Part shown: piece by piece, positions 20,053 through 28,586 of the stretch
Layout: each line of letters opens with the position of its first letter
Numbering within the stretch: the stretch's first letter is position 1
Source of the DNA: Minisyncoccota bacterium
GTDB taxonomy: Bacteria; Patescibacteriota; Minisyncoccia; Phycocordibacterales; GWA1-40-21
Assembly: GCA_041663045.1 (NCBI GenBank)
Contig: JBAZRH010000001.1
Location: 84,403-148,402, forward strand
Direction: 5' to 3'
Length of the DNA stretch: 64,000 bases
Notes under the pieces: model-generated
What the model was told of the DNA's origin: nothing
Databases searched by the model: none
Seen by the model: only the letters and a program-made list of their open reading frames with translations
Made by a program: the position numbers and the translations under genes

Positions 20053-20856
20053 ATGCATATATTTAGCTCAATAATTTTGGGAATTGTCGAGGGAGCAACG
20101 GAATTTATACCGATTTCTTCATCGGGACACTTGATAATCGCGCGTGATATTCTCGGTTGGAATGGTTCAAATAGTCTTTCCTTTGACGCTGTCTTACAGC
20201 TCGCAACCGTTCTGGCTCTTGTGGTTTATTTTTGGAAAGATTTATGGCGACTTATCAAAACTTTCTTTGCAATGATCTTACAAAAGCCTGTTGAACATAG
20301 GGATGTGGTGATGATTTTTGCGATAATTCTCGGCACAATACCGGCTATCATTGGCGGACTCCTTCTGGAAAAACAAATGGAGACTATTTTCAGAAGTGCA
20401 GAGCTTGTAGCTTGGGTACTACTTGTTGGAAGTGCCGTGATGTATTTTGCAGAAAAATTTGCAACGAAAGATAAAATGCTTTCTATAGGGAAAGGCTTTT
20501 GGGTGGGACTTTTTCAATGTCTTGCACTAGTGCCAGGTTTTTCTCGTTCGGGTGCGACGATTTCTGGCGGGCTTTTCTTTGGACTCAATAGGGAAGAAGC
20601 GGCGCGATTCAGCTTTTTGCTTTCAATGCCGATAATCTTTGGTTCTGGTGTAAAAAAGTTTTTAGAGATTTACCACGCTGGCCTTAGTGGTGCTTCTGGT
20701 GTTGAACTTTTAGCCGGTTCGCTTACGGCATTTATTGTCGGCCTCCTCGCTATTGGCTTTTTGATGAAATATTTGAGAAATCATACCCTCAATCTCTTTG
20801 TCTGGTATCGTGTAATCTTGGCGGTAGTGGTTCTCTTGGTTTTACATTTTACTTAG
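20053..20856 (+). CDS. uppP: Undecaprenyl-diphosphatase
   Basis: Hallmark N-terminus IILGIVEGATEFIPISSSGHLII plus the second conserved block PGFSRSGATISGG. Confidence 0.9.
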   Translation: MHIFSSIILGIVEGATEFIPISSSGHLIIARDILGWNGSNSLSFDAVLQLATVLALVVYFWKDLWRLIKTFFAMILQKPVEHRDVVMIFAIILGTIPAIIGGLLLEKQMETIFRSAELVAWVLLVGSAVMYFAEKFATKDKMLSIGKGFWVGLFQCLALVPGFSRSGATISGGLFFGLNREEAARFSFLLSMPIIFGSGVKKFLEIYHAGLSGASGVELLAGSLTAFIVGLLAIGFLMKYLRNHTLNLFVWYRVILAVVVLLVLHFT

Positions 20857-20864
20857 TGTAGCCC

Positions 20865-20893
20865 TTGCGAAAAAAGTCATTTTCGTGTAGTAT
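20865..20893 (+). promoter_or_regulatory. Sigma-70-like promoter (TTGCGA, 17-nt spacer, TAGTAT) with the -10 only 8 nt upstream of the rplU ATG (leaderless-type)
   Basis: Hexamers and spacing read directly. No SD before the ATG at 20902. Confidence 0.5.
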
Positions 20894-20901
20894 ATTGGGC
20901 T

Positions 20902-21219
20902 ATGGAATTTGCAGTGATAAAAACAGGCGGAAAGCAATATAAAGTTTCAAAGGGCGATACTCTAAAGGTAGAAAAGCTCCTTGGCGACTATAAAGTAGGC
21001 GATAAAATCGTCTTTGATAAAGTTTTGCTTGTTGATAATGGCAAAGACACCACTATCGGCACACCTTTCATAAATGGTGCAAAAGTAGAAGCAACTCTAG
21101 TAAAATCAGCCAAGCTTCCGACCGTCACTGTCATCCACTACAAGCAGAAAAGCAGATATTTCAAGAAAAACGGACACAGACAGCCATACTTCGAAGTCAA
21201 AATAGAAAACATAAAATAA
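20902..21219 (+). CDS. rplU: 50S ribosomal protein L21
   Basis: MEFAVIKTGGKQYKVSKGDTLKVEKL matches the L21 N-terminus. About 105 aa. Confidence 0.9.
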   Translation: MEFAVIKTGGKQYKVSKGDTLKVEKLLGDYKVGDKIVFDKVLLVDNGKDTTIGTPFINGAKVEATLVKSAKLPTVTVIHYKQKSRYFKKNGHRQPYFEVKIENIK

Positions 21220-21228
21220 TTTTTAAGT

Positions 21229-21262
21229 CCCCGAGCCACTCGCTCGGGGACTTATTTTTTAT
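21229..21262 (+). terminator. Rho-independent terminator after rplU (agtccccgagc-cactc-gctcggggact + TTATTTTTT)
   Basis: 11-bp GC-rich stem followed by a T-run. Confidence 0.8.
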
Positions 21263-21317
21263 TAAGTAGACGGGGATATCTTATGATATAATTAATTAAT
21301 AAATTATTAATAAAAAT

Positions 21318-21788
21318 ATGACACCAGAACAAGGATCATTTGAAGATAAAGAACCGATAGTAAATCCTGAAGCAGGAGCAGAGGATGATGGTTTGAATAC
21401 TATCAGGGAAAGAATAGAGAATATTAAAAAGACAAAAAAGAATATGAAGTTTCTACAAGGGCAAGTAGATGCTTTTAATGATGTGTCTTCTGCTGACCAT
21501 ACGGATTTAGACGGATTTGATAAAACTATTAAAACCGAGACCGCTAACGCTATGAAAGAAATAAGCCAACAATTCGATTTATTGAATGACGAAATAAGAA
21601 AGGCTGGTAAAATAGAATCTTCCTCAGGGGCTTCGTATGATGCAAAGAGTGTTATTAATAAGATTGCTTGGGTTAGACAAGACGCACTCTTAGGTAAAGA
21701 TCCAGATTTTAATTCAATAACAAGGTCTCTTAATTTGAGAGATAGAGTTACCAAACTAGTCAATCTGATTTTAGAACTTAAGAGATAA
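21318..21788 (+). CDS. Hypothetical acidic cytoplasmic protein
   Basis: Charged, non-repetitive composition. Co-directional with rplU and pyrG, and its stop lies 5 nt before the pyrG ATG. The overlapping antisense ORF (21296..21811) is low-complexity. Confidence 0.4.
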   Translation: MTPEQGSFEDKEPIVNPEAGAEDDGLNTIRERIENIKKTKKNMKFLQGQVDAFNDVSSADHTDLDGFDKTIKTETANAMKEISQQFDLLNDEIRKAGKIESSSGASYDAKSVINKIAWVRQDALLGKDPDFNSITRSLNLRDRVTKLVNLILELKR

Positions 21789-21793
21789 AATAA

Positions 21794-23455
21794 ATGCAGA
21801 AGAAATCCCACAAATATATTTTCGTAACTGGTGGAGTTATGTCCGGAGTTGGTAAAGGGATTACCACCTCATCTATTGGAACCCTTCTTCAAGCGAAGGG
21901 ATTTTCTGTGAACCTTTTGAAAGTGGATCCTTATTTAAATGTTGACGCTGGGACTATGAATCCAACAGAACACGGCGAAGTGTTTGTCTTAAATTCCGGT
22001 CTTGAAACGGACCAAGATATGGGAAATTATGAGCGCTTCCTACATCGCGATCTTACAGGCGATGATTACATAACTTCTGGTATGGTTTATAAACATGTCA
22101 TAGAGGCAGAAAGAGCTTTGAAATACGGAGGACATTGTGTGGAAGCTATACCTCATATTCGTGATGAAATAATTCGCAGATTTGAACATTCGGCGAAGAT
22201 AAATAAATCAGACATCACTGTCGTGGAGATTGGTGGTACTGTCGGTGACTATCAAAATATAATGTTTATAGAAGCAGCGCGTACCATGAAAGTCCGCCAT
22301 CCAAATGATGTGGCTTTTGTAATGGTGAGCTATATGCCAGTACCGGGGAAGCTTGGTGAGATGAAGTCAAAGCCAACTCAAAACGCTATTCGTCAGCTCA
22401 ATTCTTATGGTGTGAATGCAGATATCGTCATAGCAAGGAGCGAAGTGCCGATGGATCATAAAAGAAGGGAAAAGATTGCCGTATCTTGTAGTCTGCCTAC
22501 GGAAAATGTGATTTCCGCACCCGATATAGAAAGCGTTTTTGATGTACCGATGAATTTTGAAAAAGACAATCTTAGCGCAACTCTTTTGAAAGTTTTACAT
22601 TTGCGAAAGAAGAAAAACGAACCCGGACTTCACAAATGGATTGCTTTTGCAAAGAAAGTAAAAGAGGTTAAGGATATGGTGGATATTGCTATCGTTGGAA
22701 AATATTTTAATACAGGAGATTTTGTGCTTACAGATGCTTATGTCTCGGTGCTTGAAGCGATAAAATATTCTGCATATAAACTCGGTAAAAAAGCCAAAAT
22801 TCATACTATAAATGCCCGTGATTATGAAGGTGAACACGCAAAGACTGCAGATTGGAAGGCGCTTTTGAAATACGACGGAATACTTGTACCAGGAGGTTTT
22901 GGCGAGTCTGGAATAGAAGGGAAGCTCGCTGTCATAAAATATGCTCGCGAGAAGAAGATTCCATATTTTGGACTTTGTTATGGTATGCAACTTATGGTTA
23001 TAGAATATGCCAGAAATGTGTTGGGGTTAAAAGATGCAAATACCGCAGAGATAAATCCAAACTCCAGCGCGCTTGTGATAGATGTGATGCCGGATCAGAA
23101 GAAAAAAATCGCGGAAGGAAATTATGGTGGAAGTATGCGACTCGGTGCTTATGATGCGAACCTAGAGAGGGGAACTATCGCTCGTGAAGCTTATGGTAAA
23201 GATGTGATACAAGAAAGGCATAGACATAGATATGAAGTGAACCCTGAATTTATAGAAAAGATTGAAGATGCGGGTATGGTATTTTCCGGCAAATCACCAA
23301 ATGGCGTGCTTATGGAGATAGCCGAGCTCCCACGAAAAGTACACCCATTTTTCCTTGGTACACAATTCCATCCGGAATTTCTTGCAAGACCACTCACACC
23401 GCATCCTTTGTTTACGGAGTTTGTGAAGGTAGCAATAAAAAGAAAAAAGATTTAA
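21794..23455 (+). CDS. pyrG: CTP synthase
   Basis: N-terminus KYIFVTGGVMSGVGKGITTSS (synthetase domain). C-terminal glutamine amidotransferase motifs (GLCYGMQL...HPEF). Confidence 0.95.
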   Translation: MQKKSHKYIFVTGGVMSGVGKGITTSSIGTLLQAKGFSVNLLKVDPYLNVDAGTMNPTEHGEVFVLNSGLETDQDMGNYERFLHRDLTGDDYITSGMVYKHVIEAERALKYGGHCVEAIPHIRDEIIRRFEHSAKINKSDITVVEIGGTVGDYQNIMFIEAARTMKVRHPNDVAFVMVSYMPVPGKLGEMKSKPTQNAIRQLNSYGVNADIVIARSEVPMDHKRREKIAVSCSLPTENVISAPDIESVFDVPMNFEKDNLSATLLKVLHLRKKKNEPGLHKWIAFAKKVKEVKDMVDIAIVGKYFNTGDFVLTDAYVSVLEAIKYSAYKLGKKAKIHTINARDYEGEHAKTADWKALLKYDGILVPGGFGESGIEGKLAVIKYAREKKIPYFGLCYGMQLMVIEYARNVLGLKDANTAEINPNSSALVIDVMPDQKKKIAEGNYGGSMRLGAYDANLERGTIAREAYGKDVIQERHRHRYEVNPEFIEKIEDAGMVFSGKSPNGVLMEIAELPRKVHPFFLGTQFHPEFLARPLTPHPLFTEFVKVAIKRKKI

Positions 23456-23501
23456 AGATTGAGATAAAAAGAGGTGCGGGACGAAGTCTCGCACCTCTCT
23501 A

Positions 23502-23530
23502 TTGATGTGCTTGTTGTTTTGGTGTAGTAT
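23502..23530 (+). promoter_or_regulatory. Sigma-70-like promoter (TTGATG, 17-nt spacer, TAGTAT) upstream of the receiver-like gene, which has a strong SD (AAAGGAGGA)
   Basis: Hexamers and spacing read directly. The GGAGG SD lies 5 nt before the GTG start at 23580. Confidence 0.5.
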
Positions 23531-23579
23531 CAATATTAGGAAGTAGGCAAATCACAAATCTTTAAAAAAGGAGGAAATT

Positions 23580-23951
23580 GTGGAGAAACCAAAAGTATTG
23601 ATTGTAGAATTGGTACCAATGTTTTCTGCGATGTATGCCAACTTGCTCGCTAAGGTTGGTATCAAAGTCTTGACGGCAGACAATCTTGTCGATGCGGAAT
23701 TCTTATTCAACGGGCATAGAGAGTCCTTGAGACTCGTCTCTGTCGATGGGGATTGCCTCGGCGTCGATATGACAGTCTTTGTACAGAAGATGAGAAATTC
23801 TGGCTTCAATGGTCCAAAAGATTACATTGTCGCCAATACCGACAATGTAGCATATCGTGATATATTGATGAGAGTCGGATGTTCGCACTACTGTGATAAG
23901 TCTAATGTTCTGACACTTATCAAAAGACTCGTGGACTTCGCTCCATCCTGA
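23580..23951 (+). CDS. Stand-alone receiver (REC)-like domain protein with a degenerate acidic pocket
   Basis: CheY-like alpha/beta pattern (KVLIVEL..., VSVDGD, IVANTDN, YCDKS). The N-terminal DD pair is replaced by EL. GTG start with a strong SD. Confidence 0.5.
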   Translation: MEKPKVLIVELVPMFSAMYANLLAKVGIKVLTADNLVDAEFLFNGHRESLRLVSVDGDCLGVDMTVFVQKMRNSGFNGPKDYIVANTDNVAYRDILMRVGCSHYCDKSNVLTLIKRLVDFAPS

Positions 23952-23967
23952 AATCGGTTACCCAAAC

Positions 23968-24005
23968 ACCCGCGCAATCCAAAAGGAAAGCGCGGGTCTT
24001 TTTAT
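23968..24005. terminator. Bidirectional intrinsic terminator (acccgcgc...gcgcgggt + T-run) between the receiver-like gene and the convergent gene
   Basis: 8-bp GC stem with a T-run on one side and an A-run on the other. Confidence 0.65.
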
Positions 24006-24754
24006 TCCAATTCTATTTTTATATCTCCGAAATATACAAATTCGTCTTTTTTAGGAGCCCAAGTCGCATCATTACCACCAAAGAATGTCGTGAACATAAA
24101 TGAATCTATTCCATAACTCATACCTTTAGCCCTGAAAGTTCCTGTAGTCGAGAGAGCCAATTTCCCATCAAACCGACATGTGATATTCCCATCATTTTCT
24201 CCAGGAGTATTCATTACAATTCTTGTAGTAAGTGTATGCCATTTCCCCGGTATAAACCTAAAAGGTCTCATATCTCCGTCCAAATCAATCCAAGGTAAAT
24301 CATCCCCCCAATTTTTCTTTTCATCTTTTTCCATCCAATACATATATTGGAAAATTTCCCCATTTTCTCTCCACATTACCCTCGCAGTAAAACCATCTCC
24401 GAGATTCGACTTATCGCCACCCCTTGGGGCTGTGCCACCATAAAATCCAGGTAATTTTCCACCCCTTACAAAATCAAATCCTTCCGGAAACATAACCTTA
24501 TATGTAACAGTTGCAGATTCTACAGGCTTATCAAATCTTAAACGCCACCTCGTCTTTTCTTCTTGTATTATTTCTTTTTGATACTTTATCTGTAAAACTT
24601 TTCTGTCATTATTAAGAGGATCTTTTACAATACTACAAAGACCCTCTTTTACACCTACAATTTTAGGAGGATTATTGAAAAGTCTATTTATTATCTTTTC
24701 ATCAATCAATCCGACAATTTCTTTATCAAAAGTAATTTCTATTATTTTAGGCAT
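24002..24754 (-). CDS. Hypothetical beta-sandwich protein, possibly polysaccharide-lyase (PL14)-like
   Basis: GGKLPGFYGG and Gly/Trp-rich beta-strand blocks. No signal peptide. Family assignment is tentative and from memory. Confidence 0.3.
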   Translation of the reverse strand: MPKIIEITFDKEIVGLIDEKIINRLFNNPPKIVGVKEGLCSIVKDPLNNDRKVLQIKYQKEIIQEEKTRWRLRFDKPVESATVTYKVMFPEGFDFVRGGKLPGFYGGTAPRGGDKSNLGDGFTARVMWRENGEIFQYMYWMEKDEKKNWGDDLPWIDLDGDMRPFRFIPGKWHTLTTRIVMNTPGENDGNITCRFDGKLALSTTGTFRAKGMSYGIDSFMFTTFFGGNDATWAPKKDEFVYFGDIKIELE

Positions 24755-24755
24755 G

Positions 24756-25388
24756 TTACCCTCTATTTTTTAAAGCGTTTTTAATAGTCTCTGGGTCGGA
24801 GTATTCAAGCTCTGTGCCAGTAGAAAGTCCGCGACCAAGCTCGGAAATCTTTATATTATATTTCTCGGCGAGCGGGGAGAGGGCTTTTTTCATGATTTCT
24901 GCGGTATATTCTCCTTCGGAGTTGGCATCTAAACCAATAATTATTTCTTTTAGGCCTTTATCGGCATTTCTGCTTACAAGCGAAATCATTTCATTTAATC
25001 TTATCCTTTGTTCCGGATTTTTATCGAGAATCGGTACAAGCCCTCCAAGGACAAAATATTTTCCACTAAAAAATCTGCTTTTTTCTATATTTTCCAAATC
25101 TATATCTCGGCTGACTATCATAAGAGAGCTTGCATCACGGGTAGTATCAGCACAAATATTGCAAAGTTTTTTCAGATCAGCGTTTTTTACCTGTCCGGTC
25201 AGGATAAAATATTTTTTACAATCAGCACAAGTTTCTATTTCACCACGCAGATTAGTGATCTCTTTTCTAAATTCGTCCACATAGCTTGGATTTCTTGTAA
25301 TTAAAAAATACACGAATCTCCTCGCTTGTTTTGGCCCGATACCAGGGAATTCAGAAAATATTTTTGTTAATCTTTCTATGGAGTTCAT
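24756..25388 (-). CDS. recR: Recombination protein RecR
   Basis: HhH motif (FPGIGPKQARRFVYFLI), C4 zinc finger (CADC...CNIC) and Toprim region. Start chosen at MNSIERL (25388) to avoid overlap with the dnaB stop. Confidence 0.85.
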   Translation of the reverse strand: MNSIERLTKIFSEFPGIGPKQARRFVYFLITRNPSYVDEFRKEITNLRGEIETCADCKKYFILTGQVKNADLKKLCNICADTTRDASSLMIVSRDIDLENIEKSRFFSGKYFVLGGLVPILDKNPEQRIRLNEMISLVSRNADKGLKEIIIGLDANSEGEYTAEIMKKALSPLAEKYNIKISELGRGLSTGTELEYSDPETIKNALKNRG

Positions 25389-25398
25389 AAGTTTGCCT

Positions 25399-26772
25399 TT
25401 ATTGCATGGATGCTCCAAAGTCTCCAAAGTCGCTTTTGTCTACAGGTAAGAAAGAAGACTTGTCAGCGTCAAAATATAGATCAACTTTTCCTGTTGGACC
25501 ATTTCTGTGTTTTTCTATGAGAATTTCTGCTGTTTGTTTTCTACCACCACCCTCATCATTTATCTCTCGGTGAATAAACATGACAACATCGGCATCTTGT
25601 TCAATAGAACCTGAATCTCTTAAGTCTGAAAGCCTTGGTTTGCCACCTCTTTGTTCCACAGCTCTCGAAAGCTGTGAAAGAGCAAGGACAGGGATATCAA
25701 ACTCTTTTGCGAGTTGTTTGAGAGAGCGCGAAATTTCAGTAATTTGTTGAACTAAATTGTCATTGTTCTTAGTTTGAACAGGGGACATAAGCTGAAGATA
25801 ATCTATAACAACAAGACCAAGCTTTTTCTCATGTTTAAGACGTCTTACAATAGAGCGAATTTTCAAAATATTGTTTGCAGCTTGGTCGTCCACGTAAATT
25901 GGTGCTTTTGAAAGGGGTTCAAGTGAAGAGCGGATTTTTTCAAACTCGCTATCAAGAGAAAGATTACCCGTGCGGAGTTTCCATGCATCTACACGTGATT
26001 CTGCGGCAAGCATTCTGTCTACGAGTTGTTGAGTACTCATCTCAAGTGAAAAGACTGCTGTTGGTATGCCGTACCTGATCGCCGCGTTTCGCACTATATC
26101 CATCGCAAGAGAAGTCTTACCCATGGAAGGTCTTGCAGCAAGAATAATAAGATCCGAATTTTGTAGTCCAGAAAGTTTGGCATCCAAATCTTTGAAACCG
26201 GTCGGTACTCCACGAAGTTCACCCTTTGTCTTATGAAGGCGATCAAGTCTTTCCATTGCTTTTCCAAGCTCATCTTTTAATTCTATAAAATTACCAGAAA
26301 GGTTTGTGCTCGTAACTTCGTACATTTTCTTTTCGGCCTTATCTAAGAGTTCTTCAAGTTCAAATGCTTCATCATAACCGAGATTGCCGATATGCTCACC
26401 GGCTTCTATCAGGCGTCGCATAGTGTGCTTTTTCTGGACTATTTGCCCATAGTGTTCGGCGTTGGTGGAAGAGGGGACGACACTTGTAAGCTCGGTGAGA
26501 TAACTCATACCACCGACTCTATCAAGCTCACCATTTTCTTTTAGTTTGGAAGAGAGTGTAAGAAGGTCTATTGGTTCTCTCTTATGATACAGATCCATCA
26601 TCGCTCTGAAAATGATTTTGTGTTTTTCAACATAAAAAGCTTCTGGATGAACAAGGTCCATAATTTCAGGTAGCTTGTCTTGGCTCAACATAAGAGAACC
26701 GAGAAGTGCCCTCTCGGAGTCTATGTTTTGTGGCGGAATTCTGATATTTATTTTTTTTGCTTCATTTGCCAT
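25399..26772 (-). CDS. dnaB: Replicative DNA helicase DnaB
   Basis: DnaB N-terminal domain (ERALLGSLML). Walker A (AARPSMGKTSLAM). RecA-like C-terminal domain. Confidence 0.9.
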   Translation of the reverse strand: MANEAKKINIRIPPQNIDSERALLGSLMLSQDKLPEIMDLVHPEAFYVEKHKIIFRAMMDLYHKREPIDLLTLSSKLKENGELDRVGGMSYLTELTSVVPSSTNAEHYGQIVQKKHTMRRLIEAGEHIGNLGYDEAFELEELLDKAEKKMYEVTSTNLSGNFIELKDELGKAMERLDRLHKTKGELRGVPTGFKDLDAKLSGLQNSDLIILAARPSMGKTSLAMDIVRNAAIRYGIPTAVFSLEMSTQQLVDRMLAAESRVDAWKLRTGNLSLDSEFEKIRSSLEPLSKAPIYVDDQAANNILKIRSIVRRLKHEKKLGLVVIDYLQLMSPVQTKNNDNLVQQITEISRSLKQLAKEFDIPVLALSQLSRAVEQRGGKPRLSDLRDSGSIEQDADVVMFIHREINDEGGGRKQTAEILIEKHRNGPTGKVDLYFDADKSSFLPVDKSDFGDFGASMQ

Positions 26773-26852
26773 TGAAACAATTTTATCACGCCCTCTTGAA
26801 AAACTGCAATCAAAAAAGAGAATAAAATGTGAGTAATATGTGGAGAATAAAA

Positions 26853-26890
26853 ATGGCCGGATCTACTCACATGAGCAAATCCGGCCAACC
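26853..26890 (-). terminator. Hairpin (ggccggat...atccggcc) followed on the minus strand by a T-rich run; candidate terminator of the 56-aa peptide gene
   Basis: 8-bp GC stem with a 16-nt loop. The minus-strand downstream sequence is ATTTTTATT. Confidence 0.4.
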
Positions 26891-26899
26891 AAAATCGAT

Positions 26900-27070
26900 T
26901 CAAAATCTAAAAGAGAAGCCGACAAAGATCGTGGAATCGTGACTTTTATGATAGTTTGAAAGATCCAAACCATAGTCGCTTGCATATCCTGCAAGTTCTG
27001 AGGCCAAATATCGTCCGGGGAGGATGATAAGACCAAAAACGATCAGCAAAGTTTGTGCAAACTTTTTCAA
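26900..27070 (-). CDS. Candidate 56-aa secreted/membrane peptide (LKKFAQTLLIVFGLIILPGRYLASELAGYASDYGLDLSNYHKSHDSTIFVGFSFRF), TTG start
   Basis: Hand-translated from the minus strand. AAAGGA SD lies 6 nt upstream of the TTG. Signal-peptide-like N-terminus. Hairpin with T-run downstream. Located in the 360-nt cysS-dnaB gap. Confidence 0.3.
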   Translation of the reverse strand: MKKFAQTLLIVFGLIILPGRYLASELAGYASDYGLDLSNYHKSHDSTIFVGFSFRF

Positions 27071-27133
27071 AATTAGTCCTTTCTAGACTGGGTTCATATC
27101 CAATATATTTATAGCATTTTTAAGGAAGAGGGT

Positions 27134-28585
27134 CTATATTTTGGTGATTTCTTGACCTTCAGATGTATCTTTTACAGTATAACCAAGAGTGAATATTTTA
27201 TCTCTAAGCTCATCTGATTTTTTCCATTCCTTATTTTCTCTCGCAACACTTCTTTCGTCTAATATTTCCTGTATCTCAATTGGCATCTTTTCTATAGTAT
27301 TTGAATTTATTGTTATATCTTTCAAATTCAGTCCAAGTACATTATCAAAATCTAGAATAGTAGCGAGTTTGTCTTCATCGGAGAAGTTTGATCTTAAGAC
27401 TTCACTTAAAATTGCAAGAGCCTGTGGAGTATTAAAATCATCACTAATCTTTTCTGTAAAGTCTTTTTTATATTTCCTATCTATTTTGCCGACTTTTTTA
27501 CCAAGAGATAAGACTTGCTTTCTTAATCTATCAAGACCACTTTGTGCCGCTGTCAGAGATTCCCAAGTGAAATTTTGTTTGGATCGATAGTGTGCCTGCA
27601 AGAAGAGGAAACGTACAGAGAGCGGATCAAAACCCCTTTCTTTTACATCGGCTAAATTATATGCTGTGCCGTCTGATTTTGCCATTTTACCACCGTTTGT
27701 TATAAGCCATTCATTGTGTAACCAATAATGTACAAAAGGCTTTCCATTTGCAGATTCGCTTTGGGCAATTTCGTTTGTATGATGCACTGGTATGTGTTCT
27801 ATACCCCCCATATGTATATCAATAGTATCTCCGAGGAGTTTCTTTGACATTGAAGAACACTCAATATGCCAGCCAGGAAAGCCGTTGCCATTTTCTACAA
27901 GAGCCGACTTAAATGGAGACGGCCAATATTGTATTGCGTTTTTATGTGTGCCTGCGCGGAAAAACCACAAAGCAAAATCTACATGATTTCTCTTTTGCTT
28001 GTCTTCCACATCAGCATGTCCACTGCCGGCCCTATTTTCTTCAAGGTTTTGTCTTGATAGGCGAGTATAATCTTTTGCTTTTGTTACATCGAAATATATG
28101 GCGAGATCTGTGGAATATGCGAAGCCTTTTTTCAACAAAGTCTCGATCATCTGTATGATTTCTTTTATATAGTCAGTTGCACGTGGAGTAAAATCTGGTA
28201 GTGGGATGTTTAAATCTTTAATGTCGTTTTCAAAGATTTCAATATATTTGTCGGCGATTTGTCTGGGGCTTAAACCTTCTCTTTTTACCCCCTTTTCCAT
28301 TTTGTCTTCACCAGAATCACCATCAGAAACAAGGTGACCAACATCGGTATAGTTCCTGACAAACTTTACTTTGTATCCGAGATACACAAATGTCTTACGT
28401 ATGAAATCAGACAAAGTAGCTGCACGGAGATTACCCAAGTGTTGTGTCCAGTATACTGTTGGCCCGCATTGATAGAAACTTACATGACATTTCTTAATCG
28501 ACTTAAATAACTCCTTTTGTTTGGAAAGAGTATTAAAGAGATATATAGGTTTTTCTTCTTTCTTTCTGAAAAAATCTAAGATCAT
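27134..28585 (-). CDS. cysS: Cysteine--tRNA ligase
   Basis: CGPTVY...HLGN (HIGH-region equivalent). KMAKSDG (KMSKS). Zn-binding Cys/His residues. Start set at MILDFF (28585) to avoid overlap with corA. Confidence 0.9.
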   Translation of the reverse strand: MILDFFRKKEEKPIYLFNTLSKQKELFKSIKKCHVSFYQCGPTVYWTQHLGNLRAATLSDFIRKTFVYLGYKVKFVRNYTDVGHLVSDGDSGEDKMEKGVKREGLSPRQIADKYIEIFENDIKDLNIPLPDFTPRATDYIKEIIQMIETLLKKGFAYSTDLAIYFDVTKAKDYTRLSRQNLEENRAGSGHADVEDKQKRNHVDFALWFFRAGTHKNAIQYWPSPFKSALVENGNGFPGWHIECSSMSKKLLGDTIDIHMGGIEHIPVHHTNEIAQSESANGKPFVHYWLHNEWLITNGGKMAKSDGTAYNLADVKERGFDPLSVRFLFLQAHYRSKQNFTWESLTAAQSGLDRLRKQVLSLGKKVGKIDRKYKKDFTEKISDDFNTPQALAILSEVLRSNFSDEDKLATILDFDNVLGLNLKDITINSNTIEKMPIEIQEILDERSVARENKEWKKSDELRDKIFTLGYTVKDTSEGQEITKI

Positions 28586-28586
28586 T

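Noticed and set aside
21296-21811. 171-aa minus-strand ORF overlapping the + strand hypothetical gene
   Set aside because: Low-complexity Leu/Ser/Phe-rich translation, antisense to a co-directional, better-composed ORF that fits the rplU..pyrG gene spacing.
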